Positions 1 through 8,829 are shown, counted from the stretch's first letter. The stretch is DNA of 64,000 nucleotides from an uncultured Chthoniobacter sp. (GCA_964605515.1 CAZSDC010000001.1:2611-66610); one strand, 5' to 3'. The notes: generated from the letters alone by a model not told the origin. A program made the numbers and translations.

Positions 1-72
1 CCCTCCCGCCCAACCAATGCAATCCGCGTGTGCGGCGCCCAGCTTCAGGATGACTTGGTCTAGTTTTTTGCG

Positions 73-351
73 ATGACCGTCACCGTTCACGAAGCAAAAA
101 CCCATCTGTCGCGAATCCTTCATGCCATGGAGGCAGGGGAGGAGGTTCTGGTCTGCCGTGGAAAACAGCTTGTGGCAAAAATTGTTCCTGCAAATGCGGT
201 TGAAAAGAAAAACCCTCCCGTCGGGGTGCCGACATCTGCCGGATTTGAGATTCCTGCGGATGCCTTCGCTCCAATGAACGAACAGCAGAGGCCCGCAAAT
301 CAGGAAATCCTCGCGAATGAGAGGGACATCCAGCAGGAGGATACGGTCTGA
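73..351 (+). CDS. Phd/YefM-family (prevent-host-death) antitoxin with no adjacent toxin
   Basis: N-terminus MTVTVHEAKTHLSRILHAMEAGEEVLVCRGKQLVAKIVP is the typical Phd/YefM antitoxin N-domain pattern. The later FEIPADAFAPM resembles the toxin-binding tail of VapC-partnered Phd antitoxins. No PIN, Doc or YoeB-like ORF follows. Confidence 0.7.
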   Translation: MTVTVHEAKTHLSRILHAMEAGEEVLVCRGKQLVAKIVPANAVEKKNPPVGVPTSAGFEIPADAFAPMNEQQRPANQEILANERDIQQEDTV

Positions 352-491
352 TTTTTTCCGGGTGAACTTTTCCAATCTCCCTCATTGTATTCGCGTTCAT
401 TGACTTTATTCGCAGGCAAATCCGAATTCGTGTTCTCAATTCCAAGGCGAACCAAAGAAAAATTCTCATTTTCGGATTTTGTCCCTACGCT

Positions 492-836
492 ATGGCAATG
501 CACTGGCCGGGGCTCCTCAAAATCGCAGAGGCCGAGGTCGCCGCAACGATCTCCGAACTGCCCAGCCCGCTTCGCAAGGCGCTCCAAGATGTGCCGGTCC
601 TTATCGAAAAACACCCGTCTCTCCAAGACGTCGAGGACGGCATAGAGCCCGACACCCTCGGATATTTCGACGAATTCCCCGCCGTCCGCATCCGCCTCTG
701 GCTGGAAAATATTGAAGACTACGCCGAGGAGGAGGACCATTCTTTCGCCGAAGAAGTCCGCACAACCCTCCTCCACGAGATCGGTCATGTCCTCGGCTGG
801 GACGAGCAGGATGTCGAGGAGCGGGGGCTCGGATAA
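492..836 (+). CDS. small zincin-like metallopeptidase-fold protein (DUF1025-like)
   Basis: ATG at 492. 114 aa, acidic, with the HExxH motif LLHEIGHVLGWDE near the C-terminus. Size and layout match my recollection of the DUF1025 zincin family. Confidence 0.6.
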   Translation: MAMHWPGLLKIAEAEVAATISELPSPLRKALQDVPVLIEKHPSLQDVEDGIEPDTLGYFDEFPAVRIRLWLENIEDYAEEEDHSFAEEVRTTLLHEIGHVLGWDEQDVEERGLG

Positions 837-911
837 GCCGGGAATTTCAAGAGGATCATTCGCTTCATTTTTTATTGAAAAATCAACCGGGTGCTGTAAT
901 TTCTCTGACAG

Positions 912-1421
912 ATGAGTTCCATGACAGGAAATGCGGTTGAGGAAGAGACGCGCTTGAGCGAGTTGGATATCGAGGCGATCGAGATGTTCATCAGCTTTTT
1001 CAAGCTGATCGGCCTGCCCAAATCCGTCGGCGAGATCTACGGGCTGCTCTTCGTGGCAACGAGCCCTCTTTCAATGGAAGACCTGATGGATCGCCTGCAG
1101 ATCAGTCTCGGGGCGGCCAGCCAGGGGCTGAAATTGTTGCGCTCCGTGGGGGCTGTGAAAGTGGTGTATGCGCCCGGCGAGCGGAGGGATCACTATGTGG
1201 CAGACCTCGAATTGAGCAAATTTGCGACATCCTTCATCAAGGAGGAATTGAAGCCCCGTCTGGAACGGTCTCTCCAAAGGGTTGAGCGGATGGAAAGCCT
1301 TGCGAATGAGATGGACCCGAAAGAGCGCAAAGCGGCCTTCCAAAGAATTGACCGGATGAAACACTGGATGGAGCGTGGCCAGAAGATGATGCCCTGGATC
1401 TTGAAGTTTTTGGTGAGTTAG
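912..1421 (+). CDS. GbsR/MarR-like winged-helix transcriptional regulator
   Basis: 169 aa. IEMFISFFKLIGLPKSVGEIYGLLFVATSPLSMEDLMDRLQISLGAASQGLKLLRSVGAVK is a typical wHTH segment of GbsR/MarR_2-type regulators. Confidence 0.6.
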   Translation: MSSMTGNAVEEETRLSELDIEAIEMFISFFKLIGLPKSVGEIYGLLFVATSPLSMEDLMDRLQISLGAASQGLKLLRSVGAVKVVYAPGERRDHYVADLELSKFATSFIKEELKPRLERSLQRVERMESLANEMDPKERKAAFQRIDRMKHWMERGQKMMPWILKFLVS

Positions 1422-1741
1422 AGCGCCAGCCCGGCGCAAGCCTGTGGAAAACAGGAAAAAAATCATAAAATCTGCATGGACCAGCGGAAAAATCCCGCTG
1501 ATGACCAAAGGCGGCAGCCTGCCTACGCGCCGTTGGCGCGAATTTGGACGCATGGCTGCGGGGGCAGCTTGTGGGTGTTCCAGTCGGCCCACGGCCGGGA
1601 TTGGTTAGCGATTTTCTTGCCACGAAGAGGCACAAAGATTCACAAAAAAAGCCAACCAGGAACGCAGAACAACGAACGCGCCTGCGGCCCTCCCTCATTT
1701 TTCGCCTTTCAGCTTTCCAGTTTCACGTTTCCGCCCCACCC

Positions 1742-1954
1742 ATGTCTCCCCACGAACTGAGAGCCGAAGAACTCCAGAAGGAGTTGATCCGGAAAATGAC
1801 TCCGGCGAAGCGACTAGCAACAGCCAGCGACCTTTATAAAACCGCGTGGGAAATCAAGAAGAGCGGACTCCGGGCATTGCATCCCGATTGGACTGAAGAA
1901 GCCATTCAATCCCGGCTGCGAAGGGTCTTCGTGACAGGATATGCAGGAGATTAA
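1742..1954 (+). CDS. small helical protein, possible partner of the downstream nucleotidyltransferase
   Basis: Internal ATG at 1742 of ORF 1544-1954 (MSPHELRAEELQKELIRKM...), 70 aa. Its last 14 nt overlap the start of the next gene (1941). The upstream part of the long ORF looks non-coding. Confidence 0.45.
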   Translation: MSPHELRAEELQKELIRKMTPAKRLATASDLYKTAWEIKKSGLRALHPDWTEEAIQSRLRRVFVTGYAGD

Positions 1955-2480
1955 TCTCATCACCCGGAAACTGGAATCTGCCCGGATTCCCTATTGCATT
2001 GTGGGTGGTCTTGCGGCCATTGCTTACGGTCGGCCCCGCCTGACGCTGGACGCCGATCTTGTTCTCGCCCTTGGGGCGGGTCATATCCGCTCACTTGTTA
2101 GCTCGTTTCCGATCGAGGATTTTTATCTGCCACCTGAGGAGGTTCTTCTCGCCGAAATTCAAAGAGAGTCCCGCGGCCATTTTAACATTATCCACCAACA
2201 TAGCGCGCTGCGCGCGGACTGCTACCTGCCTGGAAAAAGCCCTCTTGCCCGCTGGGAACTCGCCAACCGCCGAAAGCTGGCCGGCCCGTTCGGTGACGAG
2301 TGGTTTGCGCCTCCGGAGGCTGTCATCCTCAACAAGCTGCTCTTTTTCCGCGAAGGCAAATCCCAGAAGCACCTTGACGATATCTCGGCAATGATCGATG
2401 CGGGGGCTATTCCCGACAGGTCCGAGCTTCTCCGCTGGGTGGGCGAACTCGGCCTGGAGCGCGAATGGGGCCTCGTCTGA
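1941..2480 (+). CDS. nucleotidyltransferase-fold protein (AbiEii/DUF6036-like minimal NTase)
   Basis: 179 aa. CIVGGLAAIAYGRPRLTLDADLVL shows the hGG...DxD pattern of pol-beta-superfamily nucleotidyltransferases. The gene overlaps the upstream small ORF. Confidence 0.6.
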   Translation: MQEINLITRKLESARIPYCIVGGLAAIAYGRPRLTLDADLVLALGAGHIRSLVSSFPIEDFYLPPEEVLLAEIQRESRGHFNIIHQHSALRADCYLPGKSPLARWELANRRKLAGPFGDEWFAPPEAVILNKLLFFREGKSQKHLDDISAMIDAGAIPDRSELLRWVGELGLEREWGLV

Positions 2481-2565
2481 TTGCTTCAGCCTTCACATTT
2501 TATCTTGCCGCCTTTCGCCAACCCTTTTCCTTCGCTTCTCGACTCTCCTCCAGTCTTCAGATTGC

Positions 2566-2868
2566 ATGCTCTTTGAGACCATGAGACTCCCTCCATCGAC
2601 ACGATCCCGTATCAAAGAAACCGTGCAGTCAGTGGTGCCTGACTCCGAATTGCTGCTCTTTGGATCTCGCGCAAACGATGCCGCGAAAGGAGGAGATATC
2701 GACCTGCTCCTCTTGACGAAAGAAAAACTCCCCTTGGTTCTTATCAGCAAAATCAGGAGGTTGATCCTCAATCAGATCGGCGAGCAGAAAATTGACATCG
2801 TGAACTTTTCCAAAACAAGCGACCATCCGTTCAAGGCCATCGCGATGGAATCTGCCATCAAGCTGTGA
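2566..2868 (+). CDS. minimal nucleotidyltransferase (MNT-type antitoxin)
   Basis: ATG at 2566 inside ORF 2398-2868. LLFGSRANDAAKGGDIDLLLL matches the GS-x(9-10)-DxD MNT signature. Start could alternatively be 2581. Confidence 0.75.
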   Translation: MLFETMRLPPSTRSRIKETVQSVVPDSELLLFGSRANDAAKGGDIDLLLLTKEKLPLVLISKIRRLILNQIGEQKIDIVNFSKTSDHPFKAIAMESAIKL

Positions 2869-3320
2869 AGACGGACAACATCAGACGCTTTGTGGAAGCC
2901 AATCGCAGCCTGCTGAAGCAGGCGCTGCCTTCGTTTACCAGATCGTTGGAAAAATGCCGCCGAATCGATCTTTCAGCGGATTTTTCCTTCAATGAGGAAG
3001 AAGCTTTTGATGCGTTGACCTCCAAATTCTCGAGGATCTCGGACATTTACACGCAGAAAGTTCTCAAGTCGCTTGCCTTCTTGCTCAGGGAAGATGCGCC
3101 CACATTTATTGACCGCATGAATCTCTGTGAAAAGTTGGGCGTTCTGCCATCTGCGGAAGACATGATCTCGATCCGCGATCTCAGAAACCTGATTGCTCAT
3201 GAGTATATCACCGAGAACTTGTTGGAGGTATATCGGGAGACGGTAACACTTTCCGACAAGCTTCTCGCAGCCATTGACCAGACGGATCGCCACATTGAAA
3301 ATCTGAAGGCTGAGGGCTGA
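2865..3320 (+). CDS. HEPN-domain protein (DUF86-like toxin partner of the MNT)
   Basis: GTG start at 2865 overlaps the MNT stop (GTGA). IRDLRNLIAHEY contains the Rx4-6H HEPN catalytic motif. Confidence 0.75.
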   Translation: MKTDNIRRFVEANRSLLKQALPSFTRSLEKCRRIDLSADFSFNEEEAFDALTSKFSRISDIYTQKVLKSLAFLLREDAPTFIDRMNLCEKLGVLPSAEDMISIRDLRNLIAHEYITENLLEVYRETVTLSDKLLAAIDQTDRHIENLKAEG

Positions 3321-3353
3321 AATCTTTTTCAATCCTTCAATTTCCCACAACAC

Positions 3354-4376
3354 ATGAAAAAAGCACTCATCACCGGTATCACCGGCCAAGACGGATCGTA
3401 TCTTGCGGACCTCCTCCTTGCAAAAGGCTATGAGGTTCACGGCATCATCCGCCGCGCCAGCACGTTCAACACCTCGCGCATTGATCACCTCTACCAGGAT
3501 CCCCACGGCAACGGGGTTCACCTGCACCTGCACTATGGCGATTTGGCCGATTCGGTGAATCTCGTCAAATTGATCTACAACCTCAAACCCGACGAAATCT
3601 ACCATCTGGGCGCGCAAAGCCATGTCCGCGTGAGCTTCGACATCCCCGAATACACCGGCGATGTGACCGGGCTGGGAACGGTGAGAATTCTCGAAGCCAT
3701 GCGGGAAACCGGTGTCAAGTCGCGGTTTTACCAGGCATCCAGCAGCGAAATGTTCGGAAAAGTCCAGGAAGTCCCGCAGACGGAGACGACGCCCTTCTGG
3801 CCGCGCAGCCCCTACGGTGCCGCGAAGATGTATGCGTATTGGATCACCGTGAACTACCGCGAGAGCTACGGCATGCACGCCACCAACGGAATTCTTTTCA
3901 ACCATGAGAGCCCTCGCCGCGGGGAGACATTTGTCACCCGCAAGATCACGCGCGCGGTGGCCGCCATCAAACTGGGGCGGCAGAAGGAATTGTATCTGGG
4001 CAACCTCGATGCCAAGCGCGACTGGGGCTATGCCGCCGAGTATGTCGAGGCGATGTGGATGATGCTCCAGGCTGACGCTGGTGACGATTACGTTGTCGCC
4101 ACTAACGAAACCCATTCGATCAGGGAATTTCTTGAAGTCGCCTTCGGCCACGTGAATCTCGACTGGAAAGATTATGTGAAATACGACGCGAAGTATGAGC
4201 GGCCCGCGGAAGTGGACCTCCTCATAGGGGATCCCGCCAAGGCGAAACGCCAGCTTGGCTGGGAGCCGAAGGTCAAGTTTGCCGACCTTGCCAAAATCAT
4301 GGTGGATGCGGATATGGCCGCCGCGCAGGGGCTCCCGGTTCCCGATCCGCTGACTCCCGCCTATTTTTCCAAATAA
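3354..4376 (+). CDS. gmd: GDP-mannose 4,6-dehydratase
   Basis: [67 protein letters not shown] and [17 protein letters not shown] are hallmark Gmd sequences. 340 aa. Confidence 0.95.
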   Translation: MKKALITGITGQDGSYLADLLLAKGYEVHGIIRRASTFNTSRIDHLYQDPHGNGVHLHLHYGDLADSVNLVKLIYNLKPDEIYHLGAQSHVRVSFDIPEYTGDVTGLGTVRILEAMRETGVKSRFYQASSSEMFGKVQEVPQTETTPFWPRSPYGAAKMYAYWITVNYRESYGMHATNGILFNHESPRRGETFVTRKITRAVAAIKLGRQKELYLGNLDAKRDWGYAAEYVEAMWMMLQADAGDDYVVATNETHSIREFLEVAFGHVNLDWKDYVKYDAKYERPAEVDLLIGDPAKAKRQLGWEPKVKFADLAKIMVDADMAAAQGLPVPDPLTPAYFSK

Positions 4377-4401
4377 TACCGATCCTAACTCTCGCTCGAC
4401 C

Positions 4402-5358
4402 ATGAACGATCCCAAACCTCTCCTCTCCATTCTTGTTCCCTGTTACAGGGATGAGACTGGTCTGGAAGAGCTTCATCGCAGGCTGACGCTTGTCTGCAAG
4501 GGCCTGGGCTGCACTTATGAGATCGTTCTTGTCGAGGACGGGTCGCCCGACAGAACGTGGGACGCGATCTGCAGGCTGGCGGCCTCGGATCCCGCCATTG
4601 TCGGAATCCGGCTTTCAAGGAACCACGGCCACCAGCTCGCCGTAACCGCCGGACTCCACAACGTGCGGGGAGAACGCGTGATGATCATTGACTCCGACTT
4701 GCAGGATCCCCCCGAGCTTCTTCCTGATATGATGAAGCTCATGGATGCCGGGGCGGACAATGTTTACGGCCAGAGACTCAGCCGTGAAGGCGTCCCGCTT
4801 TGGAAGAAGTTTTGCTATAAAGCGTATTACAAGCTCCTGAGCGCCCTGGCCGGTTGCCACATCCCTCCGGATACCGGCGACTTCCGACTGATCAGCAGGC
4901 GAGTCGTTAATCTCGTGAATTCCATGCCGGAACACCACCGGTTTCTCCGCGGCATGATCAGCTGGCTCGGCTTTACGCAGGTCCCCATCTTCTATCACCG
5001 GGAAGCCAGGTTCGCTGGCGAGTCGGGGTATACGCTCGCGAAGCTGTTCCGTGTTGCAGTGGACGGAATCACCAGCTTCTCCATCAAGCCCCTGCGCCTG
5101 GCATCCCTGCTGGGCGCGCTCTTCGGCTTCCTTTGCCTCCTCGGGGTCGGCTATTCCATCTTCGGCTACCTGCAAGGAAATACCGGCGTGGCGGGATGGA
5201 CCAGCATCATGGCCGTCATCCTTCTCTCCTTCAGCCTCCAGTTTTTTGTCCTGGGCATGATCGGCGAATATATTGGGAGGTTGTTTATCGAGCAGAAGGG
5301 ACGCCCCCTCTTCATCGTGGACAAAGTTGTCGGCGGAGGCCGATCCGGAAACAAATAA
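4402..5358 (+). CDS. GT2 polyprenyl-phosphate glycosyltransferase (GtrB/ArnC/DPM1-like) with two C-terminal TM helices
   Basis: SILVPCYRDE...VLVEDGSPDRT, IIDSDLQDPPELLP (the DxDLQxPPE motif of GtrB/ArnC), and the C-terminal hydrophobic pair LASLLGALFGFLCLLGVGYSIF / IMAVILLSFSLQFFVLGMIGEYIGR. Confidence 0.85.
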   Translation: MNDPKPLLSILVPCYRDETGLEELHRRLTLVCKGLGCTYEIVLVEDGSPDRTWDAICRLAASDPAIVGIRLSRNHGHQLAVTAGLHNVRGERVMIIDSDLQDPPELLPDMMKLMDAGADNVYGQRLSREGVPLWKKFCYKAYYKLLSALAGCHIPPDTGDFRLISRRVVNLVNSMPEHHRFLRGMISWLGFTQVPIFYHREARFAGESGYTLAKLFRVAVDGITSFSIKPLRLASLLGALFGFLCLLGVGYSIFGYLQGNTGVAGWTSIMAVILLSFSLQFFVLGMIGEYIGRLFIEQKGRPLFIVDKVVGGGRSGNK

Positions 5359-5376
5359 CCCAACCCCCGACCAGCT

Positions 5377-6186
5377 ATGGCCATCTCTGAAAAACTCGCT
5401 AACTCGCTGCTTTTCCGCCGGATCGTGAAATCCCTGCGCCTTCCGGATCTTATCACTGCATGGTTTCGGAGTTTTCCGAAAGTCGTTTCGCTTCCGCCCC
5501 ACGGGATAAAATACCGCGTGCGTGCGTTCGAGTCCCTGCTCGTCGAGCGGGAGGTCTTCGCAAGCAATTTTTACGCGGAGATCATCGCCCCTGGCCGGGT
5601 TGAGACGTTCGCGGACCTCGGCTGCAACCGCGGGCTTTTTTCCGCCTATGTGATTTCCCGAAGCGCCGCTGGACATGCCGTGCGCGGCATCATGGCCGAT
5701 GCGGACGGGGAAATGCGGCAGGATTGCGAGTGGATCATCAAGGCCAATAATCTTTCCGGAGTTCACTTCTTTCAGGGGGCCGTCGGGGTTGAGTCTGCAG
5801 ACGGATTCATCTCGTTCGAAGTGGCTGAGACGGACGTCGGGTCGCATGTTGCATTTGATGGAAAAAAGGCCCCGGGAGAAACCATTAGCACGGTGGTGCG
5901 GGTCCCGGTGCTGGGGATCGGAAAACTTTGGAACGAGACGTTCGGGCCAAGAGTAAGGTGCAACCTCCTGAAGGTCGACATCGAGGGGGCTGAAAAGGAT
6001 TTTTTCCGCATCGAAAAAGAATTTCTGTCGCTGGTGGACCAGGTGATCGTGGAGATCCACCATTACTTTGCTCCGCCGGCTGCTGTGCTCGCCGACGCGG
6101 CTGAGGCAGGATTTTTGGTGATCAAGCACAAGCCGGTGGCCGAGGGAGTGAGCATCGCCTGCTTGGCCCGGAAAATTGATGGATAG
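5377..6186 (+). CDS. FkbM-family SAM-dependent methyltransferase
   Basis: FADLGCNRGLFS (motif I) and LLKVDIEGAEKDFF, the characteristic FkbM (Methyltransf_21) motif. Confidence 0.8.
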   Translation: MAISEKLANSLLFRRIVKSLRLPDLITAWFRSFPKVVSLPPHGIKYRVRAFESLLVEREVFASNFYAEIIAPGRVETFADLGCNRGLFSAYVISRSAAGHAVRGIMADADGEMRQDCEWIIKANNLSGVHFFQGAVGVESADGFISFEVAETDVGSHVAFDGKKAPGETISTVVRVPVLGIGKLWNETFGPRVRCNLLKVDIEGAEKDFFRIEKEFLSLVDQVIVEIHHYFAPPAAVLADAAEAGFLVIKHKPVAEGVSIACLARKIDG

Positions 6187-7936
6187 CCTGATCTTCTGGT
6201 CTGATAACGTGAGGCTTTATGGCTTTACCGTCTGGACGCTGTTTTTTGTGTCCCTGGTGCTCGCCCTGCTTCCGGCGATCCAAGAGCTGCTGCCCGATGG
6301 CCTCCGGCAGTTTGTGCCATCCGGGCTGACCCATCCGGCCTGGTTCCTGGTATCGGCAGTGCTCCTTCTCTTCGCCGGCCGTTGGCCCGGGGTCTTCTAC
6401 AACAGCGCTTACAGTGTGGATGAGGCGCAGATTCTGGCCGCGGCTCAGGTTCTCACAATCGACCCGGTGTTCTTCCGCTCAGCCGAGTGCGGATCCTCAG
6501 GCCCGATAGTCGTTTACCCGCTCCTCCTTTCGAAGATCTTTGGATGCGACCCCTCGCTATTTTCCGCGCGCGTCATCGGGTTGGCCATGCTCGCCGGCTG
6601 CGCGGTCACACTCCGGGGGATTTGTGAAACCTTCTGCCGACCAGCAACTGCAAGGACAGCGACCCTCGCAGCCGTGGTCTTTTTTGCTTTCACCCGGCAT
6701 TGGGACTTTGTCCACTATACGAGCGAACACGCGCCGCTGTTCTTTTTGTTCTGCGGGTTGTGGTGTGTCTGCAACGTCGAATTCCACTCTATTGGATCGA
6801 CAAGAAAATTTGCAGCCACCGCGTGCGCCGGAGCGGTTTTGTTCTCCATAGTCCCATTTGCCAAACTTCAGGCCGCGTATCTCGGGCTTTTCTCCGGCAC
6901 CCTTCTTGTGATTGTCGTCCTTTTCCGCAGGGATCTGCCGTTCCGAAAGCGTCTGGTGATCGCGGGGATGACCGCTTTCTGCGCATTGGCATTTCCTCTA
7001 TTATTGATTCTCATGGCCTTGGTGACCGGCTCAGGGGACTACCTTCTGAACAGCTACTTCGGCAATGCACTTGCCTACGTGGAGAGCGGGTTCTCCACAG
7101 GAACATCGTTTCTTCTTATGTGGAAACTGTTGGTCCAGTCAGCGGATATCGTCGCCTTCGCTGCGGGTTCTCTTCTCTTTGCCCTGGCCGCTGTCTCCGC
7201 CCTTCTTGCTCCCAGCACAGCGCGGTTGGACCGGCGGCTGTTGGGCTTTTCACTCGCTGGATTTCTTCTTCTTGCCCTTGCGATCTGCGCGGTCCTTTCT
7301 CCGCGCCGCGACTACGGCCACTACCTGATTTTTCTTCCGTTCTTTCTGGCTCTATTTGCAGCATCGCTTTCCGGACTCCTCGTTCGTCGTGCCGCCGATT
7401 CCGGGCTGACCCCCCGCAGCCAATCCGCTTATGAACTCGGTTGCTCGGCACTCCTGGCACTTTTCCTGATTTTTCCTGCTGCTGGATTGCGTTGGGAGTC
7501 CGGAAATCCTTGGGCGGGGTCGGGCCGATATTGGTCGCAACAGGCAGCCAAGCCCCAGGATCCGGTCGTGCTCGCGATCAAGAAGGCCGCAGCAAAGTCA
7601 AACCGAAGAATGACTGTGTGGGGCTACATGCCCTACTATTACATCGAAACGGGGCTCAGACAAGCCACACGCCTGAGCACGAGTTCCGCGATGTTCAACG
7701 ACAACCCGCTGCGGCCGTTCTTTGTGGCCACCTACCTCGAAGACCTCAAACGCAACCGGCCGGATGTCTTTGTGGACGCTGTCGCTCCCGGGAGCTTTAT
7801 GATGAATGTTCCCGAACAACAGGCATTTGAACGCATCCCCGAGGTGGCTGACTACATCCGTGCAAACTATTCGCTCGCACGCGAAGTCAATGGTATCCGG
7901 ATTTTCCGCAGAAACAAACCGGGTGACAATGAGTGA
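6179..7936 (+). CDS. polytopic membrane protein, GT-C-like (ArnT/PMT_2-like) glycosyltransferase candidate
   Basis: ATG at 6179 (the ORF track starts at TTG 6176) overlaps the upstream stop. There are more than 10 hydrophobic segments, an acidic motif SVDEAQILAAA in the first loop, and a soluble C-terminal domain of about 150 aa. Confidence 0.6.
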   Translation: MDSLIFWSDNVRLYGFTVWTLFFVSLVLALLPAIQELLPDGLRQFVPSGLTHPAWFLVSAVLLLFAGRWPGVFYNSAYSVDEAQILAAAQVLTIDPVFFRSAECGSSGPIVVYPLLLSKIFGCDPSLFSARVIGLAMLAGCAVTLRGICETFCRPATARTATLAAVVFFAFTRHWDFVHYTSEHAPLFFLFCGLWCVCNVEFHSIGSTRKFAATACAGAVLFSIVPFAKLQAAYLGLFSGTLLVIVVLFRRDLPFRKRLVIAGMTAFCALAFPLLLILMALVTGSGDYLLNSYFGNALAYVESGFSTGTSFLLMWKLLVQSADIVAFAAGSLLFALAAVSALLAPSTARLDRRLLGFSLAGFLLLALAICAVLSPRRDYGHYLIFLPFFLALFAASLSGLLVRRAADSGLTPRSQSAYELGCSALLALFLIFPAAGLRWESGNPWAGSGRYWSQQAAKPQDPVVLAIKKAAAKSNRRMTVWGYMPYYYIETGLRQATRLSTSSAMFNDNPLRPFFVATYLEDLKRNRPDVFVDAVAPGSFMMNVPEQQAFERIPEVADYIRANYSLAREVNGIRIFRRNKPGDNE

Positions 7937-8759
7937 GGCGCCACGCATATCCGTCTGCATCCCGGTCTATAATGGCGCGGCCCATTTGGCGGATTGTCTG
8001 AGAAGCGTCGCCGCCCAGGAAGTCCCGCGCCTTGAAATTGTTGTCTCCGACGACAATTCATCGGACGGATCTTTGGATGTTATTGCTGGTGTGCAGAAAG
8101 AATTTCCGGGAACTGATTGGCGGGTCGTCAGGAATCCGATCCGCCTGGGCATGGCTGGAAACTGGAACGCTTGCGTCGAGGCTGCATCCGGGCAGCTTAT
8201 CAAAGTGATGGGGCAGGACGACATCCTCTATCCCGGATGTCTCGCGGCACAGGCCGCCATAATTGCTTCCGAGGCAGAAGTTGCGGTTTGCGCATGTGCC
8301 GGGGACATTTGCTCTGCATCTGGAAGAAAAATCCCTCTCAGAAGAAAAAAGCATGACGAGGGGATTCACTCGGGCAACAAGTTGATCGAAGATTGCCTCC
8401 GGACGGCGGCCAACCCGATCGGTGAGCCCGTGACCACAATGTTTCGGAAAACCGATTTTCAAAAAACGGGGGGGTTTGATTTGTCGATGCGATATTATAT
8501 CGATGTGGACATGTGGCTGAGGCTTCTGGGGAACAGGAAGTTTGCATTTATTGAAAAGTCCTATTGCGGGTTTCGCGTTCATCGGGGCGGGGCATCTTTT
8601 ACACTTCAGGGCGAAGGATACTCGGAGTTTCTGCGCATGGAAAACAAACTGAATTCCCGCAGGCCGCTTCCGCAGCGGGTCCGATTTGTTCGTCGGATTT
8701 CGGCCTTCCGCGACTCCTGCCTGCGCCTGGCCGCCTACCGGATTTTTGGAGCCATTTAA
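7929..8759 (+). CDS. GT2 glycosyltransferase
   Basis: Internal ATG at 7929 (MSEAPRISVCIPVYNGAAHLADCLRSV...VVSDDNSSDGS) overlaps the upstream stop by 8 nt. DDIL lies at the DxD position. Confidence 0.8.
   Translation: MSEAPRISVCIPVYNGAAHLADCLRSVAAQEVPRLEIVVSDDNSSDGSLDVIAGVQKEFPGTDWRVVRNPIRLGMAGNWNACVEAASGQLIKVMGQDDILYPGCLAAQAAIIASEAEVAVCACAGDICSASGRKIPLRRKKHDEGIHSGNKLIEDCLRTAANPIGEPVTTMFRKTDFQKTGGFDLSMRYYIDVDMWLRLLGNRKFAFIEKSYCGFRVHRGGASFTLQGEGYSEFLRMENKLNSRRPLPQRVRFVRRISAFRDSCLRLAAYRIFGAI
8701..8759. repeat. left copy of a 59-nt direct repeat (3' end of the GT2 gene)
   Basis: Hand alignment with 9861-9919 gives 48/59 identical positions, including an identical 14-mer CGCGACTCCTGCCTGC core. 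Both copies end in TAA. Confidence 0.7.
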
Positions 8760-8807
8760 CTACCTCTCATTTCACCCCTCGTCATTCGCCTTGCGCTACC
8801 GACCCGT

Positions 8808-8829
8808 TTATGCATAAATATGGCCATAT
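8808..8829. promoter_or_regulatory. two abutting perfect palindromes directly upstream of the vapB start (candidate VapB operator)
   Basis: TTATGCATAA (8808-8817) and ATATGGCCATAT (8818-8829) are each self-complementary. They end one nt before the ATG at 8830. Confidence 0.35.

Noticed and set aside
1600-1665. Segment TTGCCACGAAGAGGCACAAAGATTCACAAAAAAAGCC in the 320-nt intergenic region. It reminded me of short dispersed intergenic repeats seen in some high-GC environmental bacteria.
   Set aside because: I found only one copy in this window and cannot verify repetitiveness without the genome. It is not reported as a feature.
2973-4430. Very long antisense ORFs opposite clear genes: 2973-4430(-) 485 aa, 4615-6129(-) 504 aa, 11007-12089(-) 360 aa, 14685-16049(-) 454 aa, 52469-53311(-), 59708-60541(-).
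   Set aside because: Each lies opposite a + strand gene with unmistakable family motifs (gmd, GT2/FkbM, pseB, aminotransferase and others). Their translations are Arg/Gly/Pro-rich and low in complexity, which is typical of stop-poor antisense frames in high-GC DNA.
6700-7434. 244-aa alternative-frame + ORF inside the GT-C-like gene, and similar same-strand shadow ORFs (e.g. 31776-32438, 60460-61305).
   Set aside because: They are out of frame with long hydrophobic membrane-protein ORFs that span the region, and their Arg/Ser/Pro-rich translations look like frame artefacts.
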